Positions 41,261 through 51,669 of a DNA stretch of 64,000 nt are shown here, one piece after another (position 1 is the stretch's first letter; each line of letters opens with the position of its first letter). The stretch is from an uncultured Acidobacteriota bacterium. Lineage in GTDB: Bacteria; Acidobacteriota; Terriglobia; Terriglobales; Acidobacteriaceae. The notes under the pieces were generated by a model that made no database searches, was not told the origin of the DNA, and saw only the letters and a program-made list of their open reading frames with translations. The position numbers and the translations under genes were made by a program. The stretch covers positions 2,267 to 66,266 of the forward strand of contig CAVXIO010000004.1 of NCBI GenBank assembly GCA_963761915.1. Direction: 5' to 3'.

Positions 41261-42193
41261 ATGCTGAACTGGATCGTTGTTGGAATTGGCGATATCGCGA
41301 CCCGGCGCGTGATTCCTGCGATTCAGACTGAGCCCAGAAGCCGCTTGTATGGCCTGGTCACGCGCGATCCGCGAAAAGCCGCGTCATACGATTCCCGTGT
41401 TTGGAATTCACTTGATGAAGCGTTGTCCGATCCCGTGGTGCAGGCGGTCTACATTGCTACTCCCGTCTTTCTTCATGCACCCCAGACGATCCAATCTCTT
41501 CGCGCAGGCAAGCATGTGCTATGCGAGAAACCCATGGCCATGAATCTGGCTGAGGCGCGCTCGATGACGCTGGCCGCCGAAGATAGTGAACGAACTCTTG
41601 GCGTGGCCTACTATCGCCGAATGTATCCGAAGGTGCGGCGCGCCAAAGATCTACTCGATGCTGGCGTGATTGGCAAGCCCGTGCTCGCCGAACTCACCAG
41701 CCATGGATGGTTTGAGCAAAAGGAAAGTGATCGCAGCTGGCTGATCGATCCCGCGAAAGCAGGCGGCGGCCCGCTCTACGACATTGCCTCGCATCGCATT
41801 GACGTGCTGAACTTCTTCTTCGGTCAACCGTTGCGGGTCAGCGCACATTTATCCAACGCGGTGCATCATTACGCGGTCGAAGACAATGCGACCGTGATGA
41901 TCGAGTACGCAGGCGGAGTACGCGGTATTGTAGATGTGCGGTGGCATTCGAACGTAAAGCGGGACGAATGCCGCGTCCGTGGAACAGACGGCGAGATGGA
42001 GTTAAGCCCGTTGAATGGCCCCGAACTGATCTATCCCGGCGGCCGCGAGAATCTGCCGCCTCACGCCAACTTGCACTATCCGATGATCGTGAACTTTGTG
42101 GATGCAGTACTCGACAAAGCCCCTCTGGCCGCGAGCGGAGCTTCGTCGCTGTGGACTGATTGGGTCATCGAGCAGGCGCGCAACTCGTCCTAG
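41261..42193 (+). CDS. Gfo/Idh/MocA-family oxidoreductase
   Basis: N-terminal Rossmann WIVVGIGDIATRRVIPAI, plus EKPMA. Confidence 0.85.
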   Translation: MLNWIVVGIGDIATRRVIPAIQTEPRSRLYGLVTRDPRKAASYDSRVWNSLDEALSDPVVQAVYIATPVFLHAPQTIQSLRAGKHVLCEKPMAMNLAEARSMTLAAEDSERTLGVAYYRRMYPKVRRAKDLLDAGVIGKPVLAELTSHGWFEQKESDRSWLIDPAKAGGGPLYDIASHRIDVLNFFFGQPLRVSAHLSNAVHHYAVEDNATVMIEYAGGVRGIVDVRWHSNVKRDECRVRGTDGEMELSPLNGPELIYPGGRENLPPHANLHYPMIVNFVDAVLDKAPLAASGASSLWTDWVIEQARNSS

Positions 42194-42627
42194 CCTCCGG
42201 GCCCATCGTTGGAGACATACTGCTCGAGCGATTCCAGCTCGCGGCTGAGGTCGTCCACGCGCCACTCCAGCAAGTTGCGGATGGAGAGAATTCCCAGCAG
42301 CTTGCCATTGTCGTCAGCTACCGGCAGATGGCGGAAGTGCCGCTCCAGCATGATGCTGAGCGCTTCGCCCGCACCAGTGCGACGGGTTGCCATCTCAACC
42401 GGCGTGGTCATCAGTTCGCGAACTGATGTGGTCTGCGGGTCGGTGCGGCTGAGCGACATCTTGCGAAGCACATCTCGCTCGGTGAAGATTCCCGCGACTC
42501 GGTATTCGGAATCGACCACAGCTACGGCTCCAACGTGGTGATCGAGCATTTTGTTGATGGCATCGGCTACAGTGGCTTCGAGCGGGACAGCCGCGATTTC
42601 CCGATCACAAAGTTCCAGCACACTCAT
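42190..42627 (-). CDS. CBS-domain pair protein
   Basis: Two CBS repeats (HHVGAVAVVDSEYRVAGIFTERDVLRK; FRHLPVADDNGKLLGILSIRNLL). The ORF is open to 42660. Confidence 0.8.
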   Translation of the reverse strand: MSVLELCDREIAAVPLEATVADAINKMLDHHVGAVAVVDSEYRVAGIFTERDVLRKMSLSRTDPQTTSVRELMTTPVEMATRRTGAGEALSIMLERHFRHLPVADDNGKLLGILSIRNLLEWRVDDLSRELESLEQYVSNDGPGG

Positions 42628-42837
42628 AAAACACCTCCTCCGGCTCTCTGCTATTCCCACTGAACCGGATCCGGTGAGAATTAGAAATAGATTGTTGAAT
42701 TATGCTCACGGCCAAGCCGATGTCAAGCGAATTGAAACGATCTTACAAATCTTTATCTCGAATTGGGCTCGAAAGGGAAACACTCTCCTTGGCAACCGGT
42801 TGACTCGCTTCTCGTGGAATTCGCAGCCGCGCCGACT

Positions 42838-44184
42838 TTAGTCTTGGTTGGGCATGCTTGCGCTCTTAAAGACCTTGCCGTCTTTCATCACGAATTGCAC
42901 ATTCTCCAGTGCTTTGATGTCGCCGAGCGGATCGCCGCCAACGGCAATGATGTCGGCGTACGCTCCCGGCGCGACCACGCCAATTTTCCCCTCCATGTCG
43001 AGCATGACGGCGGCACGCGAGGTTGCGCTCTGGATGGCTTCCATGGGGGGCATGCCAAACTCCACCATGTGTGAGAACTCCTGCGCAATGGGCTCGGTCC
43101 AGGGAATTCCGCCCATGTCAGTGCCAAAGACAATCTTCACCCCGGCCTTCCTAGCTTTCTTGAACGAGGGCTCGTGCAGTGAGACACGCAGGCGGTCGCG
43201 CTGACCGCCGGGAGTATCGGCTGGAGCCCAGTCGTGGTAGTAGGCGCTGAGCGTAGGCACATACCAGGTGCCTTGTTTCAGCATCTGGCTAATCGCCGCA
43301 TCGTCCAGGTCGAGACCGTGTTCGATCGAGTCGCATCCTCCGTCCAGCGCGCGGCGCAGGCCAATGCCGCCATACGCGTGACACGCGACCTTTTTGCCCC
43401 AGCCGTGAGTTTCGTCGACAATGGTGCGCAACTCCTCGACCGTGAGCGTGGGCTGCGAAACCAGCTCGCCGTTCTTGCCGACCCAGGAACGATGCGTCAT
43501 GTAGACCTTGATCCAGTCGGCGCCATGGTCGAGTTGCTCGCGTGCGGCCTTGCGCGCCTCGACCGGGCCGTCGACAATCTGAGCGCCTTTGGGCATGTCT
43601 AGCTCGGGAGCGTAGCCCTCAAGCGGATAACCGCCGGTGGTGGAAATGGCGCGAGTCGAAACAAACAGTCGCGGCCCCGGAATATAACCCTGCTCGATGG
43701 CCTGCTTGATGCCGATATCGCCGTATCCAGCGCCTTCGGTCTCCACATCGCGCAGCGTGGTGAAACCCTGCTCCAGCGCGCGCCGGGCAGCAACGGTGGC
43801 GCGAGCCGCGCGCAGTGCCAGCGGCGCGTTCAGGATATTCACGTCGTATCCCCCCTGCGCCGGATCTTCCCCCTGCAAAAAGATGTGAGTGTGGGAATCG
43901 ATGAGGCCGGGCAGGAGCGTGGCTTTCGACAAATCGATCACATTCGCGCCGGTGGGAATCTTGGCGCTTGCAGCATCGCCGACACTTTCGATGTGATTGC
44001 CGCGGATAATGATGACCTGGTCGTGCCGCACTTTGTCGGACTTGCCATCGATGAGGGAACCGGCGCGAATCGCAGTCCAGGAACCGGCACTACGATTATC
44101 TTTTTCTTGTTCTTGTGCGGCAGCGTGTCGCATACCCGCGGAAATTACCACCGAAACAAAAAGTATCCACGCATAGGTCTTCAC
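42838..44184 (-). CDS. amidohydrolase-family metallo-hydrolase (exported)
   Basis: GLIDSHTHIF metal-binding motif. GTG at 44184 is preceded by GGAGGAG and followed by a signal-like KTYAWILFVSVVISAGMRHAAAQ. The ORF-track extension to 44361 is unlikely. Confidence 0.8.
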   Translation of the reverse strand: MKTYAWILFVSVVISAGMRHAAAQEQEKDNRSAGSWTAIRAGSLIDGKSDKVRHDQVIIIRGNHIESVGDAASAKIPTGANVIDLSKATLLPGLIDSHTHIFLQGEDPAQGGYDVNILNAPLALRAARATVAARRALEQGFTTLRDVETEGAGYGDIGIKQAIEQGYIPGPRLFVSTRAISTTGGYPLEGYAPELDMPKGAQIVDGPVEARKAAREQLDHGADWIKVYMTHRSWVGKNGELVSQPTLTVEELRTIVDETHGWGKKVACHAYGGIGLRRALDGGCDSIEHGLDLDDAAISQMLKQGTWYVPTLSAYYHDWAPADTPGGQRDRLRVSLHEPSFKKARKAGVKIVFGTDMGGIPWTEPIAQEFSHMVEFGMPPMEAIQSATSRAAVMLDMEGKIGVVAPGAYADIIAVGGDPLGDIKALENVQFVMKDGKVFKSASMPNQD

Positions 44185-44222
44185 TTGGTCTCCTCCAAAG
44201 CTTTGGAAGACGAATTCTACTC

Positions 44223-44657
44223 TCACTTCGCTGAGACATAAGCGTCGGCTTCGATCTCGACCAGAATCTCGGGCGAGATCAAAGCTTTCACTTCGACCAT
44301 GGAGGTTGCGGGACGAATGTCGCGGAAGAATTCCGCGTGGGCTCTGCCGATCTTTTCCCATTCCGCAATGTTGGTCACAAACATCCGCGTGCGCACCACA
44401 TCCTTCATAGTGGCGCCCGCTTTCATTAGGGCGCTCTGAATGTTCTTCAAAGTCTGCACGGCTTGGGCATAAGGATCTCCCACGCCCACAATCTTGCCAT
44501 CCGGGCCGGTTGCAGTGGTGCCCGACACATGGATATACGGTCCGACCTGTACGGCGCGGGAGTAACCTACGATTGGCTCCCAGGATGTACCGCTAGAGAT
44601 GTTTATTCTTTCCATTAGCTCGGTCCTCACTTGCTCTGCGTATCTCATTCTATTCAA
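44223..44657 (-). CDS. RidA/YjgF-family protein
   Basis: [16 protein letters not shown] ... RTRMFVTNI ... [24 protein letters not shown]. Confidence 0.8.
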   Translation of the reverse strand: MNRMRYAEQVRTELMERINISSGTSWEPIVGYSRAVQVGPYIHVSGTTATGPDGKIVGVGDPYAQAVQTLKNIQSALMKAGATMKDVVRTRMFVTNIAEWEKIGRAHAEFFRDIRPATSMVEVKALISPEILVEIEADAYVSAK

Positions 44658-44866
44658 TGGCCGTCACAGACGATTAGCAGCCGACGAGGTAGTGTGCCAG
44701 CAAAACGGCGCGCTGCAACCTCCTTCAGGCTCATGCACTTCTAAGCATTCGTAAAAGCGATGTGCCCGATACACAAAAGTCACTTGCTTTTGCATCGGAA
44801 GTCGGTTAACTAGTTAGTTATGAATAGTTAAACCGGCGCGGAGAGCGTATAGGAGGACCAACAGCC

Positions 44867-45418
44867 ATGATTCCGGAATCTCATCCACTGCGGCAGCTTT
44901 TCCAGGAATTAGTGGGTCGGCATTATGCTGAAGAGATTGGTATCCGCGACCCTCAGGTGGTTGCCTACGTCTCGCATCTGCTGACGGAATTCTGCGAAGC
45001 CGACCAACTGTTCAAAATTCACAACGTTGCCGACCGCCCGATCGCCGACCTGGGCGAGATGCTGGTCGAGTCCGACCCGGTGTATGGCCCGGCTCCTTCA
45101 TTTGATCGCGAACGCCAGGTGCGCAAGCACATCGGCGACTACGCGCTGTTCTTTGCTGGAATGTTTCCCGAGAGCATCAACCATTTCCGTTTGCGCCGCC
45201 AGCGGGTGGAGAGTTTTGTGGAATGGATGAAGGCGGGAAAAGAAAGCTATTACATCGTTTCGAAGTTTGAACACTTCGAGTACGCCAAAGTGGCTCCGCT
45301 TTTTGCTAACCTCTCGCGCGAGTTCGAGGGCTGCGTCTATGGCCTGAACATGGTGAAGAACGATCTGCAGGAAATGCAGCACCCGATCGCGCGCCGCGAT
45401 CCAGAACTATTCATGTGA
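44867..45418 (+). CDS. hypothetical protein (183 aa)
   Basis: Clean ORF with an AGGAGG Shine-Dalgarno. No family recognised. Confidence 0.55.
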   Translation: MIPESHPLRQLFQELVGRHYAEEIGIRDPQVVAYVSHLLTEFCEADQLFKIHNVADRPIADLGEMLVESDPVYGPAPSFDRERQVRKHIGDYALFFAGMFPESINHFRLRRQRVESFVEWMKAGKESYYIVSKFEHFEYAKVAPLFANLSREFEGCVYGLNMVKNDLQEMQHPIARRDPELFM

Positions 45419-45452
45419 GACCTGCGGAGCTTTTCGGCGTAAGTCGCGCGCT

Positions 45453-46040
45453 TCATGCGTTTAGATCTGGAACTCCGCCGATGCGGTAAAAACTAAGAAT
45501 GGCATTGCCCTGCGCCAGTTTGCGGATTCTGCGAAGCGATCCGAATTCCTGGCCCGGATCGAATTTCTTCTCGTGCTCCGCGATCACCAGCGACATAGCC
45601 CAAACCAGCGATGACTCGGCCAGGGCCGTGAGGGTTAACTCATAGGCTTGCTGCAAGCGGTAAGGCGGATCGAGGAAGACTACGTCGGCGGCAAAGTGTT
45701 CCCGCTGCAAGCGCCAGATAACGCCGGCAAGATCATCCCGCATAATTTTGTATCCTTCCGCGATTCCCAGACTCTCCAGGTTCTGTTCAATAACCTTCGC
45801 CGCGGGAATCGAAGTCTCCACAAAGTAGGCCTGTTTGGCACCGCGGCTGAGCGCTTCAATCCCTACCGCGCCTGTGCCTGCAAACAGGTCCAACCACACC
45901 GTACCCTCCAATGCGCTGGGATTGCCGGCGGTGAGGACGTTGAAGAGCGTCTCGCGCAGGCGGTCAGAAGTGGGGCGGATACCAGTTCCCCGCAAGGAAC
46001 GCAAAGGACGCCCCCGGTATTTGCCAGCGATCACGCGCAT
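45453..46040 (-). CDS. rsmD: 16S rRNA (guanine966-N2)-methyltransferase
   Basis: MRVIAGKYRGRPLRSLRGTGIRPTSDRLRETLFNVL ..., LDLFAGTGAVGIEALSRGA, VFLDPPY. The track ORF extension to 46301 is unsupported. Confidence 0.88.
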   Translation of the reverse strand: MRVIAGKYRGRPLRSLRGTGIRPTSDRLRETLFNVLTAGNPSALEGTVWLDLFAGTGAVGIEALSRGAKQAYFVETSIPAAKVIEQNLESLGIAEGYKIMRDDLAGVIWRLQREHFAADVVFLDPPYRLQQAYELTLTALAESSLVWAMSLVIAEHEKKFDPGQEFGSLRRIRKLAQGNAILSFYRIGGVPDLNA

Positions 46041-46109
46041 GACTCTGCACTTCCGAGTACTGAAGCCAATATATCCGACCATGTAAAATAACAGTAGTGG
46101 ACGGAGCTC

Positions 46110-47233
46110 ATGAGAAGTTTTTCCATTCAAGTCGGGCGGCTGTTCGGAGTCGAGGTTCGTGTTCACCTGACGTTCTTGATCCTGCCTCTGTTTGTTTTCT
46201 GGACGGAATACAGCGTACACGGCTCGGCCAACGGGATCGCGGGATATGGCGCTGGTCGGAATCGTGCTGGCCTGCGTTGCGGCCCACGAGGCTGGGCACA
46301 TGCTGGTGGCGCGGCGGAAGGATTGATTCCGAAGGCGGTGATTCTTCTTCCGCTGGGCGGCGTAACGGTTTTCGATGAGTCGCGGAAGGAGACGCCGCGA
46401 TCTGCAGCGGAAGTTTGGAAGCGCGATGTGCGCATCGCGCTCATCGGCCCGCTGGTGAACCTGGTGTTTGCAATCATTGCTGCAGGAACAATCTTCGCGA
46501 TCGCTCCCGGGGCGAAAGTGTGGAAGTGGCCGGTTCTCAATCGAGCAATCTGCCGCGCAGCCTGGTGTGGGCGAACCTTTATCTGGCTGGGTTGAACCTT
46601 TTGCCGGCTTATCCCCTCGATGGAGGGCAAGTGCTACGGGCTTTTTTCGCGCGCAGCATGGATCCGGCCGCGGCCACGCGACGCGCCGTCTCCATCAGTC
46701 ATGCGCTGGCAATGGTTCTGATGGTGGCGGGATTGTTCAGCAATACCTGGCTCACGATGGTGGGTGTGATTATTTTTTCAGCGGCGCAGCTTGAGGAACG
46801 CGCGGTCGTCTTCCAGTCGGTGCTGGATAATGTGCGGCTGGAAGAAGTGATGCTTACCGATTTCGCGACTTTATCTCCGGCGGACACGCTCGAAGATGCT
46901 TTGGATAAAGCCGTGCATTCGTTGCAGGATGATTTCCCTGTAGTGCGCGGCAGTGACATGGTGGGCGTGATTTCGAAGCAGCGCATTCTGGAGGCGCTGC
47001 GGATTGAAGGCAACGGCTACGTGCAAGCCGTGATGAATAAGATTTTCGAAGTCTCGGTTCGGCAGGAGTCGCTGGCTTCTGCCTTCCGCAAACTTACGGC
47101 GCGGAATCTCAGCATCATTCCGGTGGTTGAGGATCAGCGACTGGTGGGCATTGTGACATTGCAGAATCTGATGCACTCGATGGCGCTGCTGGCGGAGAGC
47201 CGGAAGCTTCGGCGGGATGAATCGAATTCGTAG
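46110..47233 (+). pseudogene. site-2 (M50) metalloprotease with C-terminal CBS pair, disrupted by at least three frameshifts
   Basis: The N-terminus is in frame 0 (MRSFSIQVGRLFGVEVRVHLTF...). The catalytic ALVGIVLACVAAHEAGHMLVARRK is readable only in frame +1 (46246-46323, stop at 46324). LIPKAVILLPLGG is back in frame 0. NLLPAYPLDGG and the CBS domains are in the third frame (ORF 46415..47233). Confidence 0.75.
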
Positions 47234-47270
47234 ATGAGTGCCAGTTCCGTACTCTGAACTTCGTGATCCC

Positions 47271-48869
47271 TCAGAACAGCCGCACGGCTTTCGCCTGCCG
47301 CATCGCAGGAATCTGCTCGAGTTTCCGCAGCACATCGTTCGGTACGGGCCCGTCAACATGGACCACAGCGATGGCCTCACGCGTCTCCCCGGATGTTTCT
47401 CCGCTGCGCCGTCCCAGAGAAAAGTCCGCGATGTTAATTTCTCCCTCGCCCAGAATCGTGCCCACCTTGCCGATCACGCCGGGGACGTCGAGATTGCGCA
47501 GGTAAATCAAATCGCGTTCCAGTGGGGCTTCCACGTCAATGTCATCGATGTGCAGCAGCCGTGGAGCGGTGCCACGCAGCACGGCACCTTTGACCATGTG
47601 TTCTTCCTTTGAACTCTTTAGAAATATCGAGAGCACGCTTCCCGCGCCGCCGGCGGATGCTTTCGCTTTATGAGCCTCATGCACGCGAAGTCCGCGCGAA
47701 TCGGCCAGCGACGCCGCATTCACCAGGTTGGCTTTCTCCTCGAGCGCCTGGTTGAGGATGCCCTTGATCGCAGCGTTGCGAATAAGTTCCGTCTTCCACT
47801 CCGCGATGTGTCCGCTGTAGCGCAGCGAGATTTCTTCGATCGAACCCTCGGAGATCTGCGCCAGAAACGCTCCCATACGTTCCGCCAGCACGATGTAGGG
47901 GTGCATCTCGGCATACTCTTCCGCCGACACCGAGGGGACGTTCACCGCATTCTGAATTACGCCGTGCTTCAGGTACTCGCGGATCTGCTGAGCGATCTGC
48001 ACCCCCACCGCTTCCTGCGCTTCGGCTGTGGATCCGCCGATGTGAGGCGTGAGAATGACATTCTCCATCGCAAGCAGCGGTGATTGCTTTAAAGGCTCTT
48101 CGGCGAAAACATCGAGCGCCGCAGCGGCAACTCGACCTTGTTTCAGCGCCTGCACTAAGTCCGCCTCAAGAACCAGTTCTCCCCTCGCGCAGTTCACCAG
48201 GCGAACTCCTTCTTTCATCTTCTTGATTGCCTCCGCGTTAATCATTCCTGTAGTCTGCGGCGTTAGGCCCACATGCAGTGTGATGTAATCCGCTGCCGCA
48301 TAGAGTTCGTCCAGGCTCACAAGCTTGATTCCCTGCTCTTTGGCCACGCCCACGGAAACAAACGGATCATGCCCAACAACTTCCATTCCGAACGCCCGCG
48401 CCCTCCGCGCCACTTCCATGCCAACGCGGCCAAGCCCGGCGATTCCAAGTGTCTTGCCCCGCAGTTCCGTGCCCTGCAAGGATTTTTTCTCCCACTTGCC
48501 GGCGTGCATGAGTGCGTCGGCGCGGCAGAGATGGCGAGCCATGGCCACCATCAAACCCAGCGTATGCTCCGCAACGGCCACGGCGTTGGCGCCTGGCGTG
48601 TTCATCACCGCGATGCCCTGGCGTGTGGCCGCCTCTAAATCGATGTTGTCGACGCCCACCCCCGCGCGACCGATGACCCGTAGCTTCTTCGCATGCGACA
48701 GCAGCGCCGCATCCGCCTGCACCGCCGAGCGCACGATCAGCGCATCGGCCGACTCCAGATGCTGCGCAAGTTTGCCATCCAATTGATCTGGAGTGAGGAC
48801 GGTCCAGCCCGGCTCTTTAAGTTGCTCAGAGGCAGCCAATGAGATTTTCTCTGCAATAACAATTTTCAA
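47271..48869 (-). CDS. serA: D-3-phosphoglycerate dehydrogenase (long form with ACT domain)
   Basis: KIVIAEKIS..., GLGRVG NAD-binding motif, TPHIGGST, and a C-terminal ACT-like region. I prefer the TTG at 48869; the track ORF to 48968 adds a non-homologous extension. Confidence 0.88.
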   Translation of the reverse strand: MKIVIAEKISLAASEQLKEPGWTVLTPDQLDGKLAQHLESADALIVRSAVQADAALLSHAKKLRVIGRAGVGVDNIDLEAATRQGIAVMNTPGANAVAVAEHTLGLMVAMARHLCRADALMHAGKWEKKSLQGTELRGKTLGIAGLGRVGMEVARRARAFGMEVVGHDPFVSVGVAKEQGIKLVSLDELYAAADYITLHVGLTPQTTGMINAEAIKKMKEGVRLVNCARGELVLEADLVQALKQGRVAAAALDVFAEEPLKQSPLLAMENVILTPHIGGSTAEAQEAVGVQIAQQIREYLKHGVIQNAVNVPSVSAEEYAEMHPYIVLAERMGAFLAQISEGSIEEISLRYSGHIAEWKTELIRNAAIKGILNQALEEKANLVNAASLADSRGLRVHEAHKAKASAGGAGSVLSIFLKSSKEEHMVKGAVLRGTAPRLLHIDDIDVEAPLERDLIYLRNLDVPGVIGKVGTILGEGEINIADFSLGRRSGETSGETREAIAVVHVDGPVPNDVLRKLEQIPAMRQAKAVRLF

Positions 48870-49025
48870 GGGATACTCGATCCTTTTGAACGCGATTTTT
48901 GTTGAATTACGACTTTCTAAGCATGACAGAACATTGACAGGAAAATGACACCGCGCTGACACTCCCACCGCCGCTCCACCCTAGACTTCACACAGTCGGG
49001 CAATGATGACCCGCAGGAGACGTAT

Positions 49026-49424
49026 ATGAAGATCGCGAAGACAATATTCCTAATGACCCTTCTAGCTGTTGGCCTGGCCTGCGGCTACAGTTCCAAACCC
49101 TCTATGCCAGCTGTAGCCGGAACGATGCCCACAATTGCCGCGCTCGTTCCCAATAGTACGACGGCAGGCACTTCATTGGGACCTAATGGGCTTATGGTCA
49201 CGGGCGCTAACTTTAACGGCAACGCGACCATCAATTGGAATGGTGTGGCACTTGCGACCGCCTTTGTGAGCGTTACTCAGTTGACGGCCACGGTTCCGGA
49301 CGCGGATACTGCGACGGCAGGCACGGCAGCAGTTACAGTGACGAACCCTGGTACCGCCGGTGGCCAGTACGGCGGCGGTACTTCGCCGGAAACATCCAAT
49401 AGCATGTCTTTCACAATCAAATAG
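49026..49424 (+). CDS. IPT/TIG-domain lipoprotein
   Basis: Lipobox LLAVGLACG, then an Ig-like segment PTIAALVPNSTTAGTS...VTGANFNGNATINWNG...TATVP...VTVTNPG. Confidence 0.65.
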   Translation: MKIAKTIFLMTLLAVGLACGYSSKPSMPAVAGTMPTIAALVPNSTTAGTSLGPNGLMVTGANFNGNATINWNGVALATAFVSVTQLTATVPDADTATAGTAAVTVTNPGTAGGQYGGGTSPETSNSMSFTIK

Positions 49425-49451
49425 TTTCGGCGAGCGCGTCACACGCATTGC

Positions 49452-50645
49452 TTAAGCCCCAACCAGTTGCCGCTTGTGGGCCATGCCGCCGGCGTAGACT
49501 TCCTGAGCCGCGCGTACCGCCGCGCCGTACTCAATAGTTTTTCCGGTAGAGCGCGCCAACACGTGCTCCAGCGCGCCCAGAATGCCAATCGTATCCAGAT
49601 AATCGTAGTAGCCAATGTGCGCAATGCGGAAGAGCTGGCCTTTCATCTCGCCTTGCCCGTTAGCTATGACCGCGTCGAATGACTCGCGAAATTCTTTGAT
49701 GATCTTGCCGGAATCAATACCATGCGGCGAGCAAATCGCAGTCAGTGCGGCTGCAGGGCTCGCCGCGAAGAGCTTCAATGCCAGGGCCTGGACGCCCGCT
49801 CGCGTCATCTCCGCGCAGAGCTCGGCATTGTCGACTAAAACTTCGCGGCCCTTGGCCAAGTTGCCCTCGCCCATTTTTCGCACAAACTCGAGCGCCGCTC
49901 CCAGGGCCGCAAAAAGCGAGGTCGGTGGTGTGTAGGCCGATTCGCCCTTGGCTGCTGCCTTCCGCTCCTTGCGCAAGTCAAAATAAAAACGCGGAGAAGT
50001 CGTTGTATCCATTCGCCGCCAAGCTCGATCGCTCACGGCGCAATAGGCGAGGCCGGGAGGAATCATCAACGCTTTTTGTGATCCACCGATGATCACATCG
50101 ACGCCCCAACCGTCGACATCGAGATGGGTCGTGCCCAGGCCGGTAATCGCATCCACCACCAGCAGCGCGTCGTTGCCGCTGGCGCGCACCAGCTTCGCAA
50201 TACCTTGCACATCGTGGCGAGCACCGGTGGAGCTTTCCGTCGCCTGGACAAAAACAACGCGGATATCGGAAGTGAGTTTCGCGCGAATGTCGTTCAACGA
50301 GAAGGTTTGGCCGTAAGGCACTGCTAAAACATCGACGTTGCAGCCGAAGGCCTTGGCTATTCCTGTCCAGCGCTCACCGAACTTTCCGGCGGTGAGTACC
50401 AACACCTTGTCGCCCGGCGATGTTAAGTTCGATACCGACGCCTCCATCACGCCGGTGCCTGAGCAAGCCAACAACAGCACGTCGTTCTGGGTGCCGACGA
50501 ACTCCTTCATGTCGGCGAGCACACGCTGAAACAGACTACGGAAGTCGGCGGTGCGGTGATGCGCCGTGAAGGAAGCCATTGCCGTTTGCGCCGCCGGCAG
50601 TAGCGGGGTGGGTCCGGGAGTAAACAGACGATTCTTGCGCAGCAT
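49452..50645 (-). CDS. class V PLP-dependent aminotransferase (serine-glyoxylate / phosphoserine aminotransferase family)
   Basis: RLFTPGPTPL N-terminus and the PLP-lysine motif GGSQKALMIPPGL. Close to serA. A TTG at 50684 is an alternative start. Confidence 0.8.
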   Translation of the reverse strand: MLRKNRLFTPGPTPLLPAAQTAMASFTAHHRTADFRSLFQRVLADMKEFVGTQNDVLLLACSGTGVMEASVSNLTSPGDKVLVLTAGKFGERWTGIAKAFGCNVDVLAVPYGQTFSLNDIRAKLTSDIRVVFVQATESSTGARHDVQGIAKLVRASGNDALLVVDAITGLGTTHLDVDGWGVDVIIGGSQKALMIPPGLAYCAVSDRAWRRMDTTTSPRFYFDLRKERKAAAKGESAYTPPTSLFAALGAALEFVRKMGEGNLAKGREVLVDNAELCAEMTRAGVQALALKLFAASPAAALTAICSPHGIDSGKIIKEFRESFDAVIANGQGEMKGQLFRIAHIGYYDYLDTIGILGALEHVLARSTGKTIEYGAAVRAAQEVYAGGMAHKRQLVGA

Positions 50646-50784
50646 TCCGATAGGGTCCTGAAGATCCAGAGATAGATTCTTCAATAGTCTATCGGATAGT
50701 AGCGCCGGCGTCCCGCCGGCAGTGGCTCGCTGCCTTCTTCCGAAATGTTCAGCAGGCCCCAGCTCGAGGCTGGTGCCGACTGCA

Positions 50785-51090
50785 TTAAGGGCGAGCTGAT
50801 TTCACGGCAAGAACTTCTGGCTTGGCAATGTCCGGTGGCTTGGAGAAAAGATCCTTGGCTTTGGCGAAGAGCGCCTTGGCGATTTCGCCGTTAAGGTGGG
50901 CGTTGCGGCCCTTTTCGTCGGCAAAGGTATCGAAAATGCCGTATTTTCCCGGTCCCATTTTAATGGCGTACCAGCTGAGTGTGGCGGCTTCGCGCTCGGC
51001 CAGTGGCTGCGCCGATTTCAGAAATTCTTCCACCTCTTTTTCTTTTCCGGGCTTGGCTTCTAGTTGTGCCCAAATGGCCACTCTGCTCAT
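50785..51090 (-). CDS. ABM-domain (antibiotic biosynthesis monooxygenase-like) protein
   Basis: 101 aa. The ferredoxin-like pattern VAIWAQLEAKPGKEKEVEEFL...WYAIKMGPGKYGIFDTF fits ABM/YgiN-like proteins. Confidence 0.6.
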   Translation of the reverse strand: MSRVAIWAQLEAKPGKEKEVEEFLKSAQPLAEREAATLSWYAIKMGPGKYGIFDTFADEKGRNAHLNGEIAKALFAKAKDLFSKPPDIAKPEVLAVKSARP

Positions 51091-51202
51091 GGTTGTTTCC
51101 TCCTGAGCATCAGATGCGCGCCAGCATCGTTTGGTGACGCATTTGATCTAAGAACTTCGCAAACCATTTGGCTTTCGATTCCTCCGATATAATTGCCGCA
51201 GT

Positions 51203-51661
51203 ATGAGCCTTGTTGAACAGATTCAGAAAGACATTACCGCCGCCATGAAGGCGCGCGCGGAGCAGCGCCTCTCCACTCTCCGCATGGTTAAGGCCGCGCT
51301 CAAGAATCGCGAGATCGAAAAGATGGCGCCGCTCGATGACAAGGAATCGCAAGCCGTCCTCGCTACGCTGATCAAGCAGCGTAAGGAATCCGTAGAACAG
51401 TTCACCAAAGGCGGGCGCCAGGAGATGGCCGACAAGGAAGCGGCCGAGATCGTCCTGATCGAAACCTACCTGCCCAAAGCCGCAGGCGAGGCCGAAGTGA
51501 TCGCCGGAGTAAAAGCCGTGATCGCGGAGATGGGATCGCCTACGATGAAAGACATGGGCGCGGTGATGAAGAATGCCATGGCGCGATTTTCCGGAGCTGG
51601 CATGCGCGTGGATGGGAAGATAGTTAGCGAGGCAGTGAAGAGGGAGCTAGCGGGGAAGTAA
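51203..51661 (+). CDS. GatB/YqeY-domain protein
   Basis: MSLVEQIQKDITAAMKARAEQRLSTLRMVKAALKNREIEK... is characteristic of YqeY. Confidence 0.85.
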   Translation: MSLVEQIQKDITAAMKARAEQRLSTLRMVKAALKNREIEKMAPLDDKESQAVLATLIKQRKESVEQFTKGGRQEMADKEAAEIVLIETYLPKAAGEAEVIAGVKAVIAEMGSPTMKDMGAVMKNAMARFSGAGMRVDGKIVSEAVKRELAGK

Positions 51662-51669
51662 CCACGCGG

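Noticed and set aside
46415-47233. Stand-alone 272-aa CBS-domain protein
   Set aside because: Its N-terminal part is the NxxPxxxLDG region of an M50 protease, so it is a fragment of the frameshifted gene rather than an independent gene.
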